DNA of 63,413 nt, filler included, from Neolecta irregularis DAH-3 (taxonomy: Eukaryota), in the NCBI GenBank assembly GCA_001929475.1. It is 9 parts of 9 records of this genome, joined end to end, with 100 filler letters (N's around TTAATTAATTAA, not from the genome) between each part and the next. Parts side by side here need not be neighbours in the genome. Positions count along the whole stretch, not along the records: positions 1 to 26,728 come from LXFE01000369.1; 8 more parts are not named here. One strand, given 5' to 3'. Every line of letters starts with the position of its first letter. The stretch's first letter is position 1. The position numbers and the translations under genes were made by a program. The notes beneath the pieces are model-generated. The model saw only the letters and a list, made by a program, of their open reading frames with translations. It was not told where the DNA came from and did not search any database. Of the stretch, positions 1 to 13,564 are shown piece by piece.

Positions 1-588
1 TTTGCCACCTCCGTCACAAACGTGCTCATCTACTCCGCCCTGGCCGCAGAGGAGGCCGCCGCCGCCGGCCACATCTTTGTCTCCATCGTCTGCGTACCGC
101 CCCCGCTGCCGCCGCCGCCCCCGCTCACCGTAGGTCGTCTGGATCTTCCACTTCGGCTCCTCGCCCCACGACCCCCCGCCCCGCACGCGGATCGACTCCT
201 ACTCGCTCGCCCGCCCCGAAATGAACCTCGTCGGCCCCCCCAGACCCGCCACCCGCGACGGCTCCTGCAGACACAATACCTCCCTCAGCCCCACCTACAA
301 CAGCCAGAAGCCCTACAGAGCGCCGTCGCCCCTCCCTGCAGAGCCCGCAGACCTCGTCCAGCCCACAGAGTATCCCCACCGAGCCCGCGCAATCTATGCA
401 TGTGTGCTCTTTTCCCGGCATCCCGCTCACTTCCAGATGAGGCAAACCCAGAGGACCCCAACGAAGTGTCGTTCGCAAAGGGCGAGGTGCTAGACGTCTC
501 AGACGTTGCTGGAAAGTGGTGGCAGGTGCGCAAACACGACGGAGCGACAGGCATCGCTCCTTCAAATTACCTGGCGCTCCTGCAGTGA
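1..588 (+). CDS. SHO1: Sho1 osmosensor, 3' part (last TM helices + SH3), 5' truncated, 2 introns
   Basis: [14 protein letters not shown] segment; spliced [46 protein letters not shown] is the Sho1-type SH3; introns about 94-132 and 402-436. Confidence 0.9.
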   Translation, partial: FATSVTNVLIYSALAAEEAAAAGHIFVSIVCVPPPLPPPPPLTVGRLDLPLRLLAPRPPAPHADRLLLARPPRNEPRRPPQTRHPRRLLQTQYLPQPHLQQPEALQSAVAPPCRARRPRPAHRVSPPSPRNLCMCALFPASRSLPDEANPEDPNEVSFAKGEVLDVSDVAGKWWQVRKHDGATGIAPSNYLALLQ

Positions 589-755
589 CGTGCGCGCGAT
601 CACGTGTTCACGTGTTGCAGCGCTGCCTTCTCTCCCTCGTTCAATGTTCTTTTCTTCACACTCCTATCGGGATATCAAATCAGGTTGCGTTCTTTCTATT
701 ACTCTAGTCCTTGTTTGTTATTAGGATTGAGGAAGAAAGCTGAAACCCCATGATA

Positions 756-2274
756 TTAGTGCCCCAAGCCCACCCCCACTAGATTCAAAGTAAAAGTAAC
801 CACCATGACAAAAACCCCGTATGCGGCTAGAAACAACGCGACTCTGCGCAACCCCCGCTGTCCCTTTTGGTAGACACAATCCGGACCGTCCACATCCTCC
901 CGCTCGTCATGTTGTCCAATAAGCTCATAAGGGCTCATCAACTTCCAGTAAAATAAGCCCGGGAGAATAAAGCTTATTGCCGTCGAGCCTGTTGCGCCTA
1001 CAAACGCAAGCACCCGTTCAAGCGATGTTACCGTCATGCTCACCGCATAAGAACAAACAAGGATAATACTCGTCAACAGCGCAAACCTACACTCGCTGCG
1101 TCTCGTTAATCGGGACGCAAGAAATAGCGTACGTGTGTCGGGGGGTAGCTGCATTATGGCTTTTGAGAAACATCTGGGGCCGCCACATGATAATATGTTC
1201 AAGACTCGCGCGACACGGATGCGCTTGAAGCGGAAACGAAAATAAAACGAGCAGAACGATCGCCGTTCGACCGATTGTTGACGCTAGGGACGGTTTATCT
1301 GGGGTTTTAGCAGCCACGCGGGATGGACCATACACATTGAGATAATATTTCCAGCCACGTTGTCTCCAAAAGATAAATATCCTGCCAGGCCGACAACAAG
1401 ATACAGGACGGCCGAAAGACCTATCGACGTAGCGATCACGCTTGTGACCTGTCGATGTGAATTGTCTTGGATTTCATTAACAATAGAGAAAATCTGTAGT
1501 CAGCCTTGATTCAGTGACATAATACACATTTTGGTGACAAGTGTATGCAAATACGAATATAGGCACTGCAGATATGAATTGCACTGGTCCTTTCCAAGCG
1601 ATTATATTGATTGGTCCTCTATCCTGGATTGTGTCGCCGATGATATAGTGCGCGGTGACTGTACACACAAGGTATCCAACTGATATCAAAGCAATGACAG
1701 ATGTATACCGGAGCGAATCGAGACGGCGGAGAAATGATAGTGGTATGATAATCATCCTGCAGAGTGAGACTGTTTCGAGAAATATACTACATGCACGCGG
1801 TAATCCAGAATTGACGGTCTTGGAAAACCGGGAAATCAGACAGTCCGGCTATCGACAAAGAGATTTGCGGCATCAAATCACCGATTATTATGAGATACGA
1901 CACTCCAACGCCTTGCAAATCGTCAGTCTAGATGAGCCTCGAGACGCACCAAAAGTTTTGAGTGCAATTGCAATGTCGAATATCACCGCAGCGGAAGGAT
2001 AGGTCTTGTTGGCAATGGCAAAGAAACTGGCTTGTCCGCGCTCGGCCTTTGTTGCACATCTGGAAAGAAGGTAGAGGCCCATGGCGGACGTGAATCCTGC
2101 GAATACTATTGTAGCGACCCCAAATACAATTCCCGTAGATGCAATTGCATGAGGCATTGCGAGGACGCCTGCACCGAGGATGGTATTTGCCATGTTAACA
2201 ACGCTGCCGCACCATCCAGCGACGGCATCGACTGTTGGGTGGTGCACTCGACAAGTCTCAATATCGCTGGGCAT
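756..2274 (-). CDS. Vacuolar amino acid transporter (AVT5/6/7, SLC38/Aa_trans family), multi-exon
   Basis: NMANTILGAGVLAMPHA, PLSFLRRLDSLRYTS, FVFAYTCHQN and VGATGSTAISFILPGLFY motifs; exact start codon uncertain. Confidence 0.9.
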
Positions 2275-3042
2275 AGGGGTTGGGCGGGGTAAAATAAACA
2301 GATCCAAGTGGGCTGGGAAAAGATGCAAGACAACCTTCTGAATCCTATAAACTGCTGCACGTCAGACGCGCAATTTCCGAAAACAAAGAAGCAAAATCGA
2401 CAAGAACCGAAAAAGTGAAAAAAAACAAGCAAAAACACAAGACAAGTTACTTGTTATCCGTCTCCGCGCTCCATCTCTGTTCCACGCACTCCCCAGACCG
2501 ACCAAAAGAGATAAAGCCAATTCGAGAGACCAGATTATCCACCTCGAGGCCCTCTCCCCTTTTCTTTGTATCATAGAAAGACGCCGTCCCGAAAAACTTT
2601 TCAAGATTCCCCACCTTCCGCACGAGTCCGAATGCCAACCTTCCAAAGAGGAAACAAGAAAATGGAAAAAAAGATAAAAAGGACCATCGTTTTACAGAAT
2701 AAACCCAAACAGCAACCAAAAACACACCAACCAAAAAGAAACCGCTCTTTTAAAACACTGATTCCCGCCTACCAAGAACAAATCTTTTTATCATGCTTTT
2801 TTTACTTTTTTATTTTTTTACCTATTTTTTTTACTTTATGGTTTATTGGAAACTTGAGTATCGATACCTGTCGAATTTAACGAATTTGTGTTGTAAATTT
2901 CATGATAAATGGCGATTATTCATCACAAGGAGACATCTCGAATGTCGATGAAGGAGGGAAATATACCAAGATTGAACCATAAACCCGAAACAAAATATCC
3001 CGCGATAAGAATAAACAACGAAGAAACACCTCCCGAAACGGG

Positions 3043-4153
3043 TCACCAGCAGCTGTCGCTTGCCCCGACGGTGACACCAGCGCCTTTACCGGCCCACATC
3101 GCGGTTGTCCATGGTTGATCGTCTCTATGAGCAGGAACAATGGCCGGGTTTTGACGAACGACTTCGCGAGTGCCGATCGGTGCTGGCTTTTTAATCGCGT
3201 TGGCCGGAGTTCGAGATGGACTGCCGTCAGAGGACGAAGGGCTAGTGTGATTTTCAACAGAACTTGTTCCAGCAAAGAAGTCAAACTTGGCAGAGCGCGG
3301 GCTGGGAGAGGATGCAGTCCCACTGTTAGTTCGGCTTCGAGACGGAGGGAGGGGAGTGATGGTGTGAAGATCGAGAGAAGATTTGGCGGCGCTTCCAAAT
3401 GGGTCAAAGAATCCGCGAGGAGAAGCTTCTCGTGGAGTCTCTGCAAACCGAGCGGTGTATTCACTTCCGTCAGAGTGAAGACTACCCTTTCGAGTCAAGC
3501 GACCAGGAGAGAACACCTGACCGCGAAATTCGTCTCGCGGAAACTCCTCAAAGGTACCAGGGCTCGGAATTCTCTCAGACATGAATGGCTGGGTGTAGAT
3601 GTGTCGCTGGGCGTTCATCTGATGAACAGACGCTCGTCGTGCAAAGTGGTCTTGCTCTGGAGCTCGATGTGCCCGTTGACTCGCGTAGAAACCAGACAGA
3701 TTGGTAGTAGAAGATGATCGCTGATTATAGAGGTCCACTGCCGGCTTTCGGAAGCCATCAGAGTCATGAATAGAAAAGTGTCGCGACGGGAGAGTCTGCG
3801 ATCGAGAATCTGATCATTAGCGGCCAGACTGCTAGACACATGCCATTATCGTAGAGTCTGCCATAGCTGCCTATGACAGGAACAGATTCTCGTCGGGAAA
3901 TAGCCTTGTGCGTTCGATAGTCGTCGGCAAGTTTGTCGATTTCTGGCGAGCGTCAGACACACTCTACCAGAGATATCATACCAGCATTTTGAGATGCGAA
4001 AGCAAGGCTGCTGTCATATTGCGGGGGCAGTTCTAGCAATGTCAATATTTCGGTATCAAGCAACTTACTGGACTTGCTCTCCCAGGCAGAAGCAGCAGTA
4101 GAGCGCTGCGGTGCAGCGAAAAGATGTTTCTGAGCGTCGAAGAACGAAGTCAT
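3043..4153 (-). CDS. Uncharacterized Ser/Pro/Arg-rich, probably disordered protein, about 3 introns
   Basis: ORFs 3953-4153 and 3043-3738 join in frame through short introns with branch sites, including GC-AG 3810-3843; no recognised domain. Confidence 0.6.
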
Positions 4154-6933
4154 GATGAGTAGAGGTTTTTCACAGAGAAGAAAAGAGGGGGATGACTGCG
4201 ATTAGGGTCAGGAGAGTTAAAGGAAGTGGCGGATGTCACCTTTTAATTGTGCAAGTATGTAAACGGGAGAGATGCCAGACCTCAAAGGGACTGGGGCAGA
4301 CTTATATCAAGTGATCAGAACAGCCGCTGTTGCGAAGGAGGCAAAAATGCACTGGGTTGTTTGGATGCTGGAACGACTGGTCGCTAGCGTTGAGCGAAAC
4401 TGAGCACCGACGATCTTTTCAAGTGGTGCCTCAAGACAATAAATCGGAACCCTGCAACATTCAGCCTTGCCACAGAATGAGCTTATGTCTCACCTGTACC
4501 GAGTTGCAAACGAAGACGTTGGTGGGGATGTGAAAAATGGAGAGGAAATAAGGGAGGAGCGAAGAATAGCAAGTGCGGAAAATGCAGGTGCACTTATTTA
4601 AGTTCTGTTAGCGCGGAATCCCAACCACCCAATAACATTTATATATTCAGTATCTCTGCTTGGTGTACTCAAAAAAACACAGAAAAATATATATTTTAAT
4701 TTCATGGGATTGTAAAATACAAAGTGGGACATTGAAGATTTGACACAAGATGCATTCCAGAAACACGTGCCATTGGAATGGCTATCACATATGTCGTCAT
4801 AGCCAGCTTAGTGCTGTGCCAAAACGACGCCGCCCCCTTTCACAATTTTTGCCATGCTTTGTCCCTACTCAGCAGGGAAAGACCCACCCAGACCAGACTT
4901 GTGCGAGAGAAAGACGGCAAAGTAGTAATTGTTAACTATTTAATACCCAATTTACTTCATTCGAGGGTCCGTTTTCCTCATTCAACTTTTAACAGGCGTT
5001 ATCGTAAATAGCCTATTTAGTTACCAGACCCTTTGTTCCTGAATTTGCGTCTGTATCATCAAAAAGTTTTACCGAAAATCAAGCTCCATAAGCAAGGCGA
5101 AATGAAATTCTGCGAGTCGTTTCGTATACTAGAATGATCATATCTTGTTTCTATTTATTGAACACTGCGCTGGTTCTACTGTACTCTACTCCAACATGAT
5201 CTTTCAGCTCAGCACTAATCTTGCAGTTTTCTGCATGGAGACACCATTTTAGCCAGAGGTTAATCATGCAACACTCCTTTTTTCTGCTATTGTTTCACCA
5301 TACCAATTAGCTTACTCCACCATTAGGAAAGATGGCTATTGATAAGTATATCAGGTTCATGCAAGAACTATGACATAAATTTGCGTGCGATCAGGTATCT
5401 CACGATGTTGTACATGACACTCGGCTACATTAATCCTGCTCCTTTACCGGTAAGTGGAACATTCTGGATGCTTCTCGTTAGTCAGTTCTAATTTCCATTA
5501 CATTAGCACTTTTGCCGTAATTCATTCCCTTGTCAGCCGACGGTCAAGGCTTTAGCGTTCGATGCTGCTTATGGAGATTTGATTCTATTTATAAGTTTGA
5601 CAAGATCCACGCCGGTCATTTCCCCGCTCATTACTGCGTCTTTACCCAATGAAGGGTTACACAACAGCTACAATGCCACAATGACCTAGTCTTATGTTTT
5701 TTACCAACACCACGAGATTGAGACTTTCCAAGCAATTAATCCGAGTCAACATGAAACCCTGCTAGCTCTCATATGTAGAGAATAAGCGTCTTTATAGAGC
5801 CCAATAAATACCTCATTGACCCACCCTTAGCTCGAAAAGTGGGGTTGAACCTGCTTCATAACCCGCCTTGTTACCAATTACGGATACCGAAGATCCACCA
5901 TCGTTATACCAACAAGAGCGCCACCGAATTTGCCGAGTCTGATATAGCCCTCGAGTGCGAGAGGTGATCACAGGCCTATTTCAGACCTGATTTGCATACT
6001 AGATTTGGAGAAAAATTCGTTAACCAATACCAGGACACATGACTCAAGTTCGCCACAACGTATCCGCGAGAGTCGACTCAACCCACTGGACTGATTGCTT
6101 ATTATGGATTATCCTGATTTGAACGGAATGACCTATCATTCTTCGCATAGTATTGGTGCTTAACTTGTTTTTCTGCGATTTTGCCAACTCAAGATCATCA
6201 AGAGGATATAGAGGGGTAACAAGTTTCGAAAGTACTAAACATCAAGCTCTGTGATGATTGGCATATTAATTTTTGTCTCAAAGCTGTGTTATTCAGTATA
6301 TAACTGGAAGCTCAACACAACACCAAAGAGAAACATGATCGAATTCACGCGACTTCTCGCGTTTTCTGGTGTCTCCTCTGGGCTTGAGTAACAGGCATTC
6401 TTGAGGGCACGAAAAGATCATATAAAAATATAGATTGCAATTAGAACTGAGCAGTCTGAAAGTAGCCCCAATAGAACGAAAGATTTTTAGTGAAGGTCCA
6501 GAAGGCAGTTCTAATTATAATATTACATAGTTATACAAAGGCAAACAGAATAGTCCGGAAGCTTTGTGGTTACCTATAGATGGGTATTTGAGAGGTGGGT
6601 CGAACCACGATTTCCTTCTTGGTCAGTGACTACAAACCACGGCCTCTCGCTTTAAACTCATACACTGCACTCCTAACTTCTCCCACCAATCAAGACCGAG
6701 ATTCAGGACTCACCGCTCATTATCTCTATCTCTACTAGTTGCAAGAAACTCTTCCCGAGTCTCCCTGCCAAAGGCCAGTACATTCTTCAGGGAGCACTCA
6801 GGAGGATCTACCGGTTTATTTGGTAAGCGTCCCCCCGTTGTTGATTCAGCTCACTCCATAGAATTACTCTGTCCGTATCAAACTTTGACCCCATTGTGCT
6901 TTCTGACTGCCTCTTTTCATCAGTCTGATCATA

Positions 6934-9719
6934 ATGGTCTCAAAATCGCGCCGCGATAATCTTTCTTGTCCCCCCTCCCCACAACAGAAATGCCTTAACC
7001 CGCTCGGTCGACAAGGAAGCCCTCGGAATAGTAGGAAAGGTTCTCAACAATCAATCAGGGTTTTGAGCAGCAGAGACACTACTGAGAGACGAGGTGCATC
7101 TCCCACTGTTGATCTATCCCGAAAACCCCACAAATCTATGGCTTCTCCTCGTTCGGCCAAGTCTGAACCTCTGCATACAAATGCTCTGCCTGAATACGAG
7201 CACTGTCCCTTTGAAACTTCTCTTAACGGTGCCAAAAGAAGGATAGCATACTCGGTTGGGACATCGCCTCTTCCTGTGGTGGATCTTGATACTATTAAGA
7301 GCGAACTTACTCCGGCAGAGGAGGAGATTCTTACTACCAGAGCCGCATACTTATATACGGTACAGAAAGGGATCTTAACCTTGTTTGACCTTCTAGAAAC
7401 TCGTTCCAACACCTGAAAGTGATTCTCGAAGAAATCAGTTTTTGAGCAAACTTGAAACCATCCTTCGATCAAATTGGCCTGACTGGGATATCCGGGTTCA
7501 CCCTTTTGGTTCCAGCGTCAATAATCTTTGTTTCAACGACTCTGATGGTAAGTCGTGGCTTCTATGCAGGGTTCTGATTGAGTCAAGTGGATGTATGCAT
7601 TACTTCTCCTCGTCGAGAGCTAGAGCACACCTGTCGTCTTGCCAAAGTTCTTGCCAAACGTAAATTATGATTGTCCATTACCTTTCTGAACCTATAGATG
7701 GAATGGAAAGAGTCGTTTGTGTTTCTCAAGCGAAGATTCCAATCGTGAAGATCTGGGATCCTGAACTGTATGCTCCAAAGCTCGAAGATTAATGAATAAT
7801 GCTATGCAGAATGGTTGCTTGTGATATGAACATAAACCACGATTCTGCTCTTGAGAATACACGGATGATAAGGACCTTTGTTGAAATTGATCCCCGTGTC
7901 CGACAACTAGCAATGATTGTCAAACACTGGACCAGACAGCGAAAACTGAATGACGCTGGTAAGGATGTCGTTTTTTATATAATAACGCTTGGTATAGCTG
8001 GCGGTGGAACGTTGACCTCGTATACATGGACTTGTATGATCATCAACTTTCTGCAAACTCGGAACCCTCCAATCCTTCCAGTTTTACATAATTGCCCCCC
8101 TGGAACTGCTGGTAAGAACTCTTTCTGGGATGATCCACAGTCCTATGCTGGCTTCGGAGGTAGAAATGTGGAAACACTTGGGGCTTTGCTTCTCGCCTTT
8201 TTCAGAAAGTATTGACATCTTCTTCGCAGTCAACCTTACTGTTAGGTTTGCTTATGACTTCGATTACGAGCAAGATGTCATCTCCGTCAAACACGGGTGC
8301 CATCTTTCAAAGAGTTCCAAGGGGTGGCAATTCAATCATAACAATCGTTTATGCGTCGAAGAGCCTTTCAATACCGGCCGGAATCTTGCAAATACTGCCG
8401 ATGATATTACTGTGAAAGGCATACAGATCGAAATGCGACGTGGCTTCCATAGTCTTGTTACAAAGATTGAAGTCAACGATTTATGCGACGAGTTTAGCTT
8501 TCCCCCTGAAGACCTCGTCCGTCCGGCAATCCGACTCCAGCAGTCTCGAAGTAACGGCAGATTGTACAACCGTCCACATCTCCAGCAGCACCGGTTTAAT
8601 AACAATCAGTTTCGGTATACCAACGGCTATCGGAACAATCAAAACCAGGGCTTTCGTCAATCATTTAATTCCAATCAACGCCTATCCCAAAATCGCAACA
8701 GGCACTCGATGTCGATTCCTCCAACTAACGATGTCATGGCTTTTTCTCCGCTCGCTGTTGAAGGGGTGAATCTTATTGATCCCTACACACAATTCATTTA
8801 CTACTACCCAATTCCTCTGTGTTATCCCGAAGATCAAGTCCGGCGGCAGAACTTGGAAGCAGAACCTTTCTATGACCAACTTCCTCGATTTGCCCATCTA
8901 GAAGAGTCTCGACCACCTCGTCAGCCGTCACTATACTCTCAATTCCAGACTTCGGAGAGTGAATTTGATCCGAGCGAATTAGAAAACCAGGATCCACTGA
9001 CCCTCCAAGAACTTGACTTGGAGCCACTCGTTCGAACACCCAGCAATGAGTTTGAAGAGTATATTGGTTATTACGGACCTTTGCATTACGATTCTCTCGA
9101 GTGTTACAAGAGATCCGCCAGTGTCAACGCTGATGAGATTCCTGAGAACCCCCTTAGTTCGAGTGTGCCTCCTTCAGAAGATCTTTTCCATGATGATGGC
9201 TATCATGGCTCCCAAGAGGGGAAAACAAGTCTATCGGTAAGTCCATCATTATCACCTCTCACGCCGCCATCAGAGCCATATGGATTGCCTGAGGCGCTGA
9301 TAAACGACAAGACGTGGTCTCACTACGCCTTGGGTTCATCTGATACTTCCGAAGATGATTCTCTTCCTTCTCAAACAAAGTCTTGGCCATGTACGCCGAA
9401 ATCACAAGTTCCCATTGCTGCAAATGAAGTTGCTTCACCAGTTGAGACTGTCTCGCCGGCACCAATTTCATCTCCTCCTGTTGCTCCAGTCCGTATGCCA
9501 TGGTGCAAAAATTCGGAACCCGTTTGCGCTGTACAGGATCGCGGGCTTCCCGACAGTTATCCTTCCATACAGGAACTTTCGAAACAACCGAAATCGAAAA
9601 AGCAGACTACGCCTTATTCTTCACAACCAAATTCGCCGAAGCGCGGGAAGAAGTCTGATTGGCATAGTATTGAGATTTTGGCGGGGATGATAACTGCCTC
9701 GGGACGACGAGGTCTATGA
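6934..9719 (+). CDS. Cid1/Cid13-family non-canonical poly(A)/poly(U) polymerase, multi-exon
   Basis: HPFGSS..DSD|VD catalytic motif, AKIPIVKIWDP, CDMNIN, GGTLTSYTWTCMIINFLQTRNPPILP, PAP-associated LCVEEPFN; long low-complexity C-terminus. Confidence 0.9.
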
Positions 9720-10744
9720 AGACAATCTACGATTCAATGAACTGGATTCGTTTGATCCTCATGGGAATGTCTTCCATTTGTCCAGTTCCCCAAACGTGAA
9801 CACTCGAAATGTAAAAAATTGGATTCCCTTACTTATTATCATTTATTAACATCAATACTTTCTACGAAGCAACCACAACGGAAATCAAAGACTCGGTACG
9901 TTTAGGAAAATATTAAAACCCCATACAAAAAAAAAGTTTACAGTCGTTCGAATTTGCGAGAAGGATAGAATCATGGAATTCCTTTGTGCTTGTACATAAC
10001 AGCATGCGTATTCGGGGAGGGCAAGGTTTGATCTTTTATTCAGTCGCATTCTTTTTCATTATTTGGTTTATTGTTGTGTTTTGTTGGTATACATTTGGCA
10101 CTTTCACGATTTAAGATTTCATTTGTTTCTTTTTATTTGCAACAATTATGTTGGTGTTCTTTGTCTGGTGGTTGAAAACTGGGGTGACAAGATAAATTAT
10201 GGCTTAGTTGTGATCGGTGGTGAAAGGATCAGTGTTTGTCAGTGTTTTTCTTTGTTTTTAACATTTTTATTTTCAACATTTTCGTAGGCCCTTCGTTTTC
10301 CCGGATCTTGTTTGAGCGATCGGTATTGAGTGGTTGGCACTGATTTCTTTTCTGTTTTCATCTGTTGCTGTTGGCTTGTATCTGTAATAGTGATAAAAAA
10401 TGATGTAGTGTGAGATGAGCTCTTGCATATTTATATTGGCGAATGAAATTTGGAGGGATTGTTGCACACAGGTTGTTGTAGAGTCTTGAGAGGTTTCTGG
10501 CATAAACTGGATAAAACAAATGACGATTCTTAGATTCTTTGCTTGGGTGGATAGAACATTATCCGTAGCCCTGCAGATGGGCAGTTACAGTACTACTTAT
10601 AGACGACAGACAGCCGATCAAACAAAGACCAGGAAACGTAAAACAAAAGCAGTTCCCAAAACACCCTCAGAGTAAAAGGAACCATGAGTATCATTTTCGT
10701 ATCACAGGATCACTCGAAAGAAATTAAACTAGCGGAGTCCTGAA

Positions 10745-11281
10745 TCATGCATGATCTTCCATTTCTAGCTTTTTGAGCGCCTTGTCGATGTTGTTTATTC
10801 TTGAGTTGTATGAGAGAAACTGGCTGTTGAGGTCCTGGACGAGTGTTGTAAACCACAATTCGAGCAGCTTTGCGGTTCTTAGGGCGAGAACAGCGACGTC
10901 TGACTGTTGGTGGGACAGGGTGTCTGATAGGCGGGCGACGAGGGGTAGGGAGGGGGCTAATGAGGGGAGGTCGGGCAAGGGGGTATCTTTGAGAGCGAGG
11001 AGGCGGGAGGCAAGGTCATGGAACTTTGGGGCACAGGCAAGGACGACATGGGCCTTTTCCTCTAGAGACAATTCCGAGGCGGGATTTTGCGGGCGGAACA
11101 AGGCGGGGTTGTTGTGGTAGAGCTGGAAGAGGGCGTTGATCGGGGGGTGGTGGGCGGTGAGGGCGGCGAGGGAGTGGAGCAGGTCTGCGAGGCGGGCGGG
11201 CAGGGAGGAGTCTACGCAGTGAAGGAGGTATTCGAGGCGCTGGAGGCGGGAGGCGATGGAGATGGCGGGGGAGAGCGGCAT
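10745..11281 (-). CDS. Dynactin p24 / nuclear distribution protein RO10-like
   Basis: RLQRLEYLL..LAALTAHHPPINALFQLYHNNPALF..VLACAPKFHDLASRLLALKDTPLPD resembles the RO10/DCTN3 family; ATG 11281 preferred over 11353. Confidence 0.7.
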   Translation of the reverse strand: MPLSPAISIASRLQRLEYLLHCVDSSLPARLADLLHSLAALTAHHPPINALFQLYHNNPALFRPQNPASELSLEEKAHVVLACAPKFHDLASRLLALKDTPLPDLPSLAPSLPLVARLSDTLSHQQSDVAVLALRTAKLLELWFTTLVQDLNSQFLSYNSRINNIDKALKKLEMEDHA

Positions 11282-11611
11282 TGTGGAGGGGCGGCGGGCG
11301 CTACTGGGCAACCGCTGCGGGCCAGGGCTAGCCGCACCTGCAGGCACGGGCATACAGACATACTGGCATGTATCCGCAGACTAACGCGGGTGGTGCCCAG
11401 ACCGGCGCCCAATCTCGCTTGCTTCGCTATCAACATCGTCGAACTCAGGGGCTAACCACCAGATAAGCAGCCTCCGCGGAAATCTCGAGTGCTGCTGCTG
11501 CAAAGAATGAATATCCGCGTAGCTGGTCTGCGCTGCCCTCGCTCTTTTCTTCTTCTGCTCCCGCTGCTGCTGCCCGTCTGTGCGCGCCCCTTTCTTCGGC
11601 CCCCGCCCGCC

Positions 11612-13013
11612 ATGTTCCCGCGCTCTGACTCTTCGGGCTCCCAGCCCCCGCTCATCAGAGTCAAGTCTGCAGAGCTCGTCGCTCCCTTGCTCTCGGGTAT
11701 CTGTTTCCATCAACCACAGCTGACCCAAAGCCAGTTGGACCGGTGTGCGAGACGTCGGCCACAGCGGCGTCATCGACGGCAAGATCATCTGGACCTTTGG
11801 CGATACAATCTCCAAGGACAAGGATGGAAACATGTCCGCTGCCCACTCACGCAACCCTGCTGACTCTGCAGGACAGGTCTGGCTCCAAACACTGCGGCAT
11901 ACGGCGACTGGATGCTGTGGACAAGCTCCTCGTGCGCTCAACCATGCACCCTCAATCTAACAACTAGCTACGAACGGCAACTCGACGACAACGATCGCCC
12001 AAACCAGTTTGTCCCGTATACCCAGGAAGAGTACAACTTCTGGAAAGACAGCAATTGGGCAGGAGACCATCGGTACTCACAAACGCCACACACTTAATGC
12101 CACTGACATCATCCAGAATTGGCATATGGGTGTCCAACGTCGTCCAAACCGGGCCTGGAGAAGGAATTGCATTTTACGATAAAAGTTCAATTCTGACAGA
12201 ATCGCTCGAAAATATTAAGAGGATCGGCACTGGTGTGGCCAAGGTCTATGCTAAAGACGAGGTGTGTTCCTGTACCTGCTTTGTTTTTGTTGATGTTTAT
12301 GTCAGGGTCCGATTGCCGATCGCGTGCACGATATCATATTCGACGCGGTATGTACATCTTCTCAACCACCATACCAATTAAGAATAGCAAACAGATCCTT
12401 CTTGGGGCTGTTTTACTACTTACAAAGAAGACGATTATATTTATGCATTTGGAGAATGGACTGCTGATAAAAATGTATATCTCAGCCGCGTAGCTGTAGC
12501 CGATGTATTCAGTAAAGACAAAGTCCGCTCTTCCCCCTAAAAGAATTCCTTGCTAATCGACAGTATGAATATTGGAACGGCCAAACATGGCAATCTCAAA
12601 GCTTAACTCTACCCGATGAAGCCGCAAAAGTATTTTGGAACATTCAATCTGGAACGATCTGGAAATCGAACCATCATGCAGGGAAATACGTCATGTTGTA
12701 TATGACCAATTGGGCCGATGATACTCTACGAATGATGTGGAGTGATAGCATCACAGGACCATGGAACATTGAAAACCAAGTCCAAGTCATGAAACTACCT
12801 TCCTGCGAGAACTCTTTCAATTACTGTAAAAACCCTACATGGACAGTTGAAATAGGGTCTGATATATTTAGGCGGATATGCACATCCACAGTTTGGTGAC
12901 GATTCGGAATTATTGGTTAGTTGGACTTCTCCTCGTACGTTTGATTAATCCCCGCATTTTTAACAAAGATAGAGAGCGGACAAGTCCAACTTGGAAAAAT
13001 TACCTTTGAGTGA
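11612..13013 (+). CDS. DUF4185-like beta-propeller / glycoside-hydrolase-like protein, many short introns
   Basis: Spliced RDVGHSGVIDGKIIWTFGDT motif, FVPYTQEE, YEYWNGQTW, SDSITGPW, GGYAHPQF; short GT..CTRAY..AG introns. Confidence 0.55.
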
Positions 13014-13564
13014 CACTTTGTAAGTTTATAGACATGCATATATACATACATTCATTCATTCATTCATTTTCTCGTAACCCGAAGTCTGATAACTACGTTA
13101 GTGAGCCCACAAAACTAATCTATTCTGAGATCACATTAAATCTTCTAGACTAAATCCTCTCAAAGAACACAAAAGAGTGTATTTAGGATCCTCGGACTTT
13201 CATTGTCCATACATTCACCCCAGACTCTTCCAATCAGACTAGTGGATAACATAAGAAGGTTGTAAAGATTTTGATGACGCGGTAATTATATTACTGTCAT
13301 AATTCCTAAAACAAAGACATAGCATGAGTAATGAATGAAAACGTCACCAAATAAGAAATTAGCAGAAAAGGGGAGGGAATTTATAATTATGCTTACACGA
13401 TATGATAGATACGAAGCACGAAAAGAAAAATGAAAAGGAAAAAATGAAAGGATAAGCGAAAATAATGACCGATGGGAAAAAAAACCAGACAACTCCAGTA
13501 CCTGCGCAATACGGGGAAAAAGCCCTGGTGAAACGGAAAGAGAAAGGGAAAATAAAAAAAAACC

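Noticed and set aside
3115-3717. Long antisense or overlapping ORFs here and in GC-rich genes (RO10, UTP4, SHO1)
   Set aside because: Shadow ORFs of real coding sequences
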